Below, in pieces: positions 7,586 through 11,112 of a stretch of 11,112 nucleotides of DNA; within the stretch, counting starts at the first letter, position 1; each line of letters opens with the position of its first letter. The notes beneath the pieces were generated by a model that was given only the letters and a program-made list of their open reading frames with translations, was not told where the DNA came from and did not search any database. Position numbers and translations under genes: made by a program. Source of the stretch: Ignavibacteriales bacterium (GTDB taxonomy: Bacteria > Bacteroidota > Ignavibacteria > UBA10030 > UBA6906); assembly GCA_037441705.1 (NCBI GenBank), contig JBBIRR010000069.1, positions 1-11,112 of the forward strand, given 5' to 3'.

Positions 7586-7659
7586 AGCTTCACCCTGCCT
7601 TGGTGATGGGAAGGAACATCACTTATTCCATGTCAAGCATGAGCAACTCAACAAATCTC

Positions 7660-7689
7660 ATTCGCGTTCATTCGCGTTGATTCGCGATT
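7660..7689. repeat. Tandem 10-nt repeat, 3 copies
   Basis: ATTCGCGTTC-ATTCGCGTTG-ATTCGCGATT, starting 13 nt downstream of the archease stop codon. Confidence 0.9.
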
Positions 7690-7702
7690 AATAGACCAGG
7701 AC

Positions 7703-8122
7703 TTAGATATCCAGAAACACTCTTACACGTGCGCCCTTCTCGTCTTCGTTGATTTGCAGTTGATGGTATGTAATCGCCTTCACGTCCAGGCGGGTTCGAT
7801 GTTTGTTTCCGTCAAACATCTCGCCACGAACGCGGGCACGTAAGCGCATTTCGCTCAGTTCCTCGACGTCGAACTCCCTGCCGACAAAACCCACGCCGTC
7901 GTACAGATACAGAATCTCCGAAAGCCACCGAACAAGTAGCTGTTCGCGGTCGAAGGCGCTGATGGTGACTTCGCGTTCTTCGCGCGGCTCGATTGCTGCC
8001 GGATCCAGAATCACCGACGTCAGCGCTTTCGCGGCGTTGGCGAACGCCTCGCGCAGCGTCCTGCCTTCCGCCTCGATGCCGATATCGGCAGGATGGTCGA
8101 GTATCCGGTAGTTTTCCATCAT
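7703..8122 (-). CDS. Archease (RtcB activator)
   Basis: YRILDHPADIGIEAEG.TL.EAF.NAA, EQLLVRWLSEILY, DVKAITYHQL and C-terminal VFLDI are archease signatures. The start is ambiguous among ATG 8122, ATG 8119 and ATG 8173 (which overlaps the upstream stop). Confidence 0.95.
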   Translation of the reverse strand: MMENYRILDHPADIGIEAEGRTLREAFANAAKALTSVILDPAAIEPREEREVTISAFDREQLLVRWLSEILYLYDGVGFVGREFDVEELSEMRLRARVRGEMFDGNKHRTRLDVKAITYHQLQINEDEKGARVRVFLDI

Positions 8123-8127
8123 GTATA

Positions 8128-8157
8128 AAGGTACAGAGTGCCGGCTTGAGAAGTCAA
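8128..8157 (-). promoter_or_regulatory. Putative promoter directly upstream of the archease start (possible leaderless mRNA)
   Basis: TTGACT (8157-8152), 18-nt spacer, TACCTT (8133-8128), 5 nt, then ATG 8122. No SD is visible. Confidence 0.45.
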
Positions 8158-8169
8158 CCTGAATCGTGC

Positions 8170-8955
8170 TCATCGTTTCCGAGCAACGAGCATCGTTCGT
8201 GTGCCGAAGTGTTTCCTCAACACACCCGGCGGTCGGGGAAACAAAACCGTTGCTGCAAAGGCAATAAGCCTCAGCGGCAGCCAGTTCGGGAAGTGGCTGA
8301 GGGTATCGTAGCAGTCAATCCAATCAAGCAGTTGAACATCAAGCTCAAGTTCGCTCACCTCTTGAACCAACGACGCCGAAAGATCCTGCTCGGGTAAGTC
8401 ATAGCGCGAGAAATCGGAGAACGTTGCTATCAACCAATCCCACCACAATCGAAGAACGTGCTTCTTGTTCGGAAAGACCAGCACAACGAAGCCCTGTTGT
8501 TTTGTCACTCGTCTCAACTCAGCAAGCAAATGAAATCTCGTGGCTTTGTCGTAATGCTCGACGACGCCGCTGTTGAACACCGCGTCGAACGTCCCCTCGG
8601 CGAAGGGGAGAGCAAAAATATCGCCTGCAAGAATGTTGAGATGAAGAGGCGCGCCGAAACGATCCGACGGGAGCATTCGCACGGCTGCTTGAAGATGTCG
8701 AAGAGGAGTTTCACTGATGTCGAGCGCCGTGCAGCGAAACCCTGCATAGCTGAAGAACAAACTATCGCGGCCGCTTCCACACCCCGCCTCGAGGATGCGG
8801 GCGCCGCGAGAAAGGTTGCATGAACGCAAGAACTGCTTCGCAAAGTCCCGGTACGCCATCCTGCGAATGCTTGCGGGGTGAGTGACGCGATACGCCTCGG
8901 GATGGTTTGCATGAACCTCATGCCATGCGTTTGTAACCGCATTTCGGCCGGTCAT
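8170..8955 (-). CDS. Class I SAM-dependent methyltransferase
   Basis: Motif I ILEAGCGSGR, then ALDIS, GDIFALPFAEGTFDAVFNSGVVEH and ELRRVTKQQG (Methyltransf_11/25-like). Start placed at ATG 8955 because the track start at 9039 lies inside the predicted promoter. The exact start is uncertain. Confidence 0.85.
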   Translation of the reverse strand: MTGRNAVTNAWHEVHANHPEAYRVTHPASIRRMAYRDFAKQFLRSCNLSRGARILEAGCGSGRDSLFFSYAGFRCTALDISETPLRHLQAAVRMLPSDRFGAPLHLNILAGDIFALPFAEGTFDAVFNSGVVEHYDKATRFHLLAELRRVTKQQGFVVLVFPNKKHVLRLWWDWLIATFSDFSRYDLPEQDLSASLVQEVSELELDVQLLDWIDCYDTLSHFPNWLPLRLIAFAATVLFPRPPGVLRKHFGTRTMLVARKR

Positions 8956-9023
8956 TGCTTGCGACGTGAGAGCTACACCATCACTACAAAGTGAAATGGG
9001 ATCACGCTGCGTGCTGCCGGAAC

Positions 9024-9052
9024 AATATAGCAACAGCACAGCCGGGGCGCAA
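9024..9052 (-). promoter_or_regulatory. Putative sigma70-type promoter for the methyltransferase
   Basis: TTGCGC (9052-9047), 17-nt spacer, TATATT (9029-9024) with TGn extension, just downstream of the upstream operon's hairpin. Confidence 0.55.
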
Positions 9053-9069
9053 ACGAGTGCGGATATGGG

Positions 9070-9104
9070 AACGCCGACCCGCCCGTTGCCGGCGGATCGG
9101 CGTT
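9070..9104 (-). terminator. Strong hairpin after the PDZ gene (probable terminator or 3' stabiliser)
   Basis: Minus strand AACGCCGATCCGCC-GGCAACG-GGCGGGTCGGCGTT forms a 14-bp stem. Its single irregular pair is a U-G wobble only on this strand. The U-tract is poor. Confidence 0.6.
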
Positions 9105-9121
9105 GAAGGCGGCAAGGGCAG

Positions 9122-10105
9122 TTAGACGTTTAGGCCGGAGCGTATCTGATCTACTTCGCGACGGATCTTGTCTTTCAATTCAATCACGCGGTCCCTGAGA
9201 TCATCCTTCAACCGTTCCATTTCGCGCTTCAGGCGATTGGCTTCGTCACGCAGGCGCTTGCTTTCTTCCGGCGGGCAGAGGTCAATGATGATCTCTCCGT
9301 CGCCGTCGAAGCGAAACAGGCTGATGTCGCGATCATCGTTTCTGATCGTGAGCGTGAGTTTCTGGGTTGCTCCTTTCCTCAGAATCTCGACCTCCGCTTT
9401 CTCTCCGTCCTCGAAACGATCGAAGGCATCCATCAGATCTTCGACGTCGGCGATGGAATACTTCCCGACCGCCACAATCACGTCGCCCGCTTTGAACCCG
9501 GCCTTGTCCGCCTCGCTCTCACGCTTCACGCTCTTGACCAACACCCCCCGACCGTTGGGTGCGCCGAAGTACTCGCCGAGCTGTTTGTTCAACGATTCGA
9601 CGGTCAGCCCGTAGAGCACTGCCGAGCGTGAGAAGCCGAAGCGCTCGATTCTCGGCAACGGCGGCATGCGGAAGGAAAACACGCGCGGCTCGCGTCGGCG
9701 TTCAATGGTTGCCGTCAGCGTCTTACGTTCGTTCCCGCGCATCACCGTAATCGACACTTCCGTTCCGGGTTTCGTCCGCCGGACTGCTTCAATCAGGTCG
9801 TCGCCGTCGGTGATGGTTTTTCCGTCGAACGCGACGATCACGTCGCCCTTACGGATGCCTGCATCGTCAGCCGGACTCCCGTCTTCGACGCCGGTGACGT
9901 ACGCGCCCTCTTCCACACTCAGCGCCTTCTTGCGGGCAAGGCGCGGCGTTACATCGTCAATCGAAACGCCAAGCCAGCCGCGCACACCCGCGCTCACGAA
10001 CGTAACGTGCGCGGCAGATCGCGATCCGTCGTCGAGTTTGCGCCCGCAGGCCGTGCCGAACGTAAGAAGCGGCAGAACAACAATCAGAACAAGATACTGT
10101 TTCAT
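9122..10105 (-). CDS. Exported twin-PDZ protein without a protease domain, probable lipoprotein
   Basis: Signal peptide MKQYLVLIVVLPLLTFGTAC with a lipobox-like Cys. PDZ1 is GWLGVSI..GSPADDAGIRKGDVIVAFDG and PDZ2 is YGLTVESL..SEADKAGFKAGDVIVAVG. The C-terminus is a charged coiled coil. SD GGAGG at 10111-10115 fits ATG 10105 (alternatives 10108 and 10117). Confidence 0.85.
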   Translation of the reverse strand: MKQYLVLIVVLPLLTFGTACGRKLDDGSRSAAHVTFVSAGVRGWLGVSIDDVTPRLARKKALSVEEGAYVTGVEDGSPADDAGIRKGDVIVAFDGKTITDGDDLIEAVRRTKPGTEVSITVMRGNERKTLTATIERRREPRVFSFRMPPLPRIERFGFSRSAVLYGLTVESLNKQLGEYFGAPNGRGVLVKSVKRESEADKAGFKAGDVIVAVGKYSIADVEDLMDAFDRFEDGEKAEVEILRKGATQKLTLTIRNDDRDISLFRFDGDGEIIIDLCPPEESKRLRDEANRLKREMERLKDDLRDRVIELKDKIRREVDQIRSGLNV

Positions 10106-10173
10106 CATCTCCTCCATTCGATCTTGGAATATGTGTTCGCTTCGCTCACACTCGTCCTATCTGCTATCGGAAA

Positions 10174-11112
10174 CTACTTTCCCTTCAGGATGTGCAGCAA
10201 CGCCGCCCGGGACTTCTCGTTGCCGATGGTGCCAAGATAGTAAACAGCGTCGCTGCGTAGCTCGATGTTTTCGTGCGACGTGGCCACCGACGCCAGGAAA
10301 TCCACCGCCTTCTCATTCCCAAGCTCTGCGATCGCATAGAGTGCCGCAGCAAGTTGCCTGTCCTTCTGCTGGGGGAATGAACGGAACACGCCAATCAGCG
10401 CGTCGGCTAACTTGTTCTTCTCTGTCCCTAAATCGGCAAGAGCATAGATTGCGGCAATCTGCACGTCGTCGCTCGCGTCGGTTTTGGCAACATCCACCAG
10501 GACGGGCAGCACGTCAAACTTCTTGAAGTCCGCGAGCGTCTCCAACGCCGTCACCCGAAGAATCTCCGGTTGCGATTTGTCGAGCGCAACATCTTTCAAC
10601 GCCGCGAATGCCTCTTTGTCGTTGTTCGATTCCCCCAGGGCACGCAAGGCATCGAGCTTGATGCGGGTTTTGGCGTCGATGTCTTTCGGTGGTGTCAGTG
10701 CAAGACCGGAACGCCGCATGAGTCCGGGAATCCTAAGCTTGGTCATGCGCAGCTCGCGCTGTGCAAGACGCATGGCCTGCTCGGCCTCGCGCATCGCTTT
10801 CTCACTTTCGCGCATTGTGGTGCCATAGCTGTATGCGTAGCCTTCCGGCGCAACCTTCACCTGCAGGTTTTGTCCCTCGGGCGCGACAATCACAATGTCG
10901 TCGCGCATGTCAGCGAGCGCATCGTCGGCGTAGCGGCTGTTCGGGTACTCTTCGAGAAACTTCTCGTAGGCAGCAAGGCCCTTCTTCCGGTCGAGACGCT
11001 TCTGCGCGTACGCCGACCAATACGCGGCATCATCCACATACTCGCTCTTGGGATATTTGGTTTTGATCTCGGCAAACTTCTTCAGCGCGTCGTTCCACCG
11101 GTCGTTCAAGAT
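10174..11112 (-). CDS. HEAT-repeat protein with an N-terminal BamD/YfiO-like TPR segment, partial (5' end outside the window)
   Basis: The frame is open to the window edge. It has TPR-like YPKSEYVDDAAYW..FLEEYPNSRYADDA, then a helical linker, then repeated HEAT/PBS-like units (ALRALGE, VTALETLAD, AAIYALAD, AALYAIAE, DAVYYLGTIG). Confidence 0.82.
   Translation of the reverse strand: MLNDRWNDALKKFAEIKTKYPKSEYVDDAAYWSAYAQKRLDRKKGLAAYEKFLEEYPNSRYADDALADMRDDIVIVAPEGQNLQVKVAPEGYAYSYGTTMRESEKAMREAEQAMRLAQRELRMTKLRIPGLMRRSGLALTPPKDIDAKTRIKLDALRALGESNNDKEAFAALKDVALDKSQPEILRVTALETLADFKKFDVLPVLVDVAKTDASDDVQIAAIYALADLGTEKNKLADALIGVFRSFPQQKDRQLAAALYAIAELGNEKAVDFLASVATSHENIELRSDAVYYLGTIGNEKSRAALLHILKGK

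Noticed and set aside
5657-7606. 649-aa plus-strand ORF spanning rtcB and the 4-TM gene
   Set aside because: It is a codon-aligned antisense shadow. The two real genes share a frame (starts 1530 nt apart), GC-rich codon bias suppresses antisense stops, and the product has no recognisable motifs.
7660-7689. Repeat considered as a CRISPR mini-array
   Set aside because: The units are 10 nt and contiguous, with no spacers and no cas genes.
9168-11075. Plus-strand ORFs 9168..9614, 9666..10526, 10484..10828 and similar
   Set aside because: They are Ser/Arg/Pro-rich antisense shadows of the PDZ and HEAT genes.

Overview
Bacterial chromosomal window with no mobile element, rRNA, tRNA or CRISPR array detected by eye. 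Ten of the eleven credible CDSs are on the minus strand. In transcription order (right to left) they are: a 5'-truncated TPR/HEAT-repeat protein, a twin-PDZ probable lipoprotein, a class I SAM methyltransferase, archease, an RtcB RNA ligase, a 4-TM membrane protein, a probable outer-membrane beta-barrel, an orphan atypical clpS (the only plus-strand gene), hisS, a MIO-type histidine ammonia-lyase-like gene, and a 3'-truncated SnoaL/NTF2-like gene that the ORF track missed. Gene content tentatively suggests a diderm of the Bacteroidota/Ignavibacteria group (inference only). The points most worth following up are the archease-rtcB RNA repair pair with an overlapping methyltransferase, a run of four His codons in a terminator-like element between hisS and the lyase, a ClpS with an altered N-degron pocket, and a 3x10-nt tandem repeat between archease and rtcB. 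None is demonstrably a new system from sequence alone.
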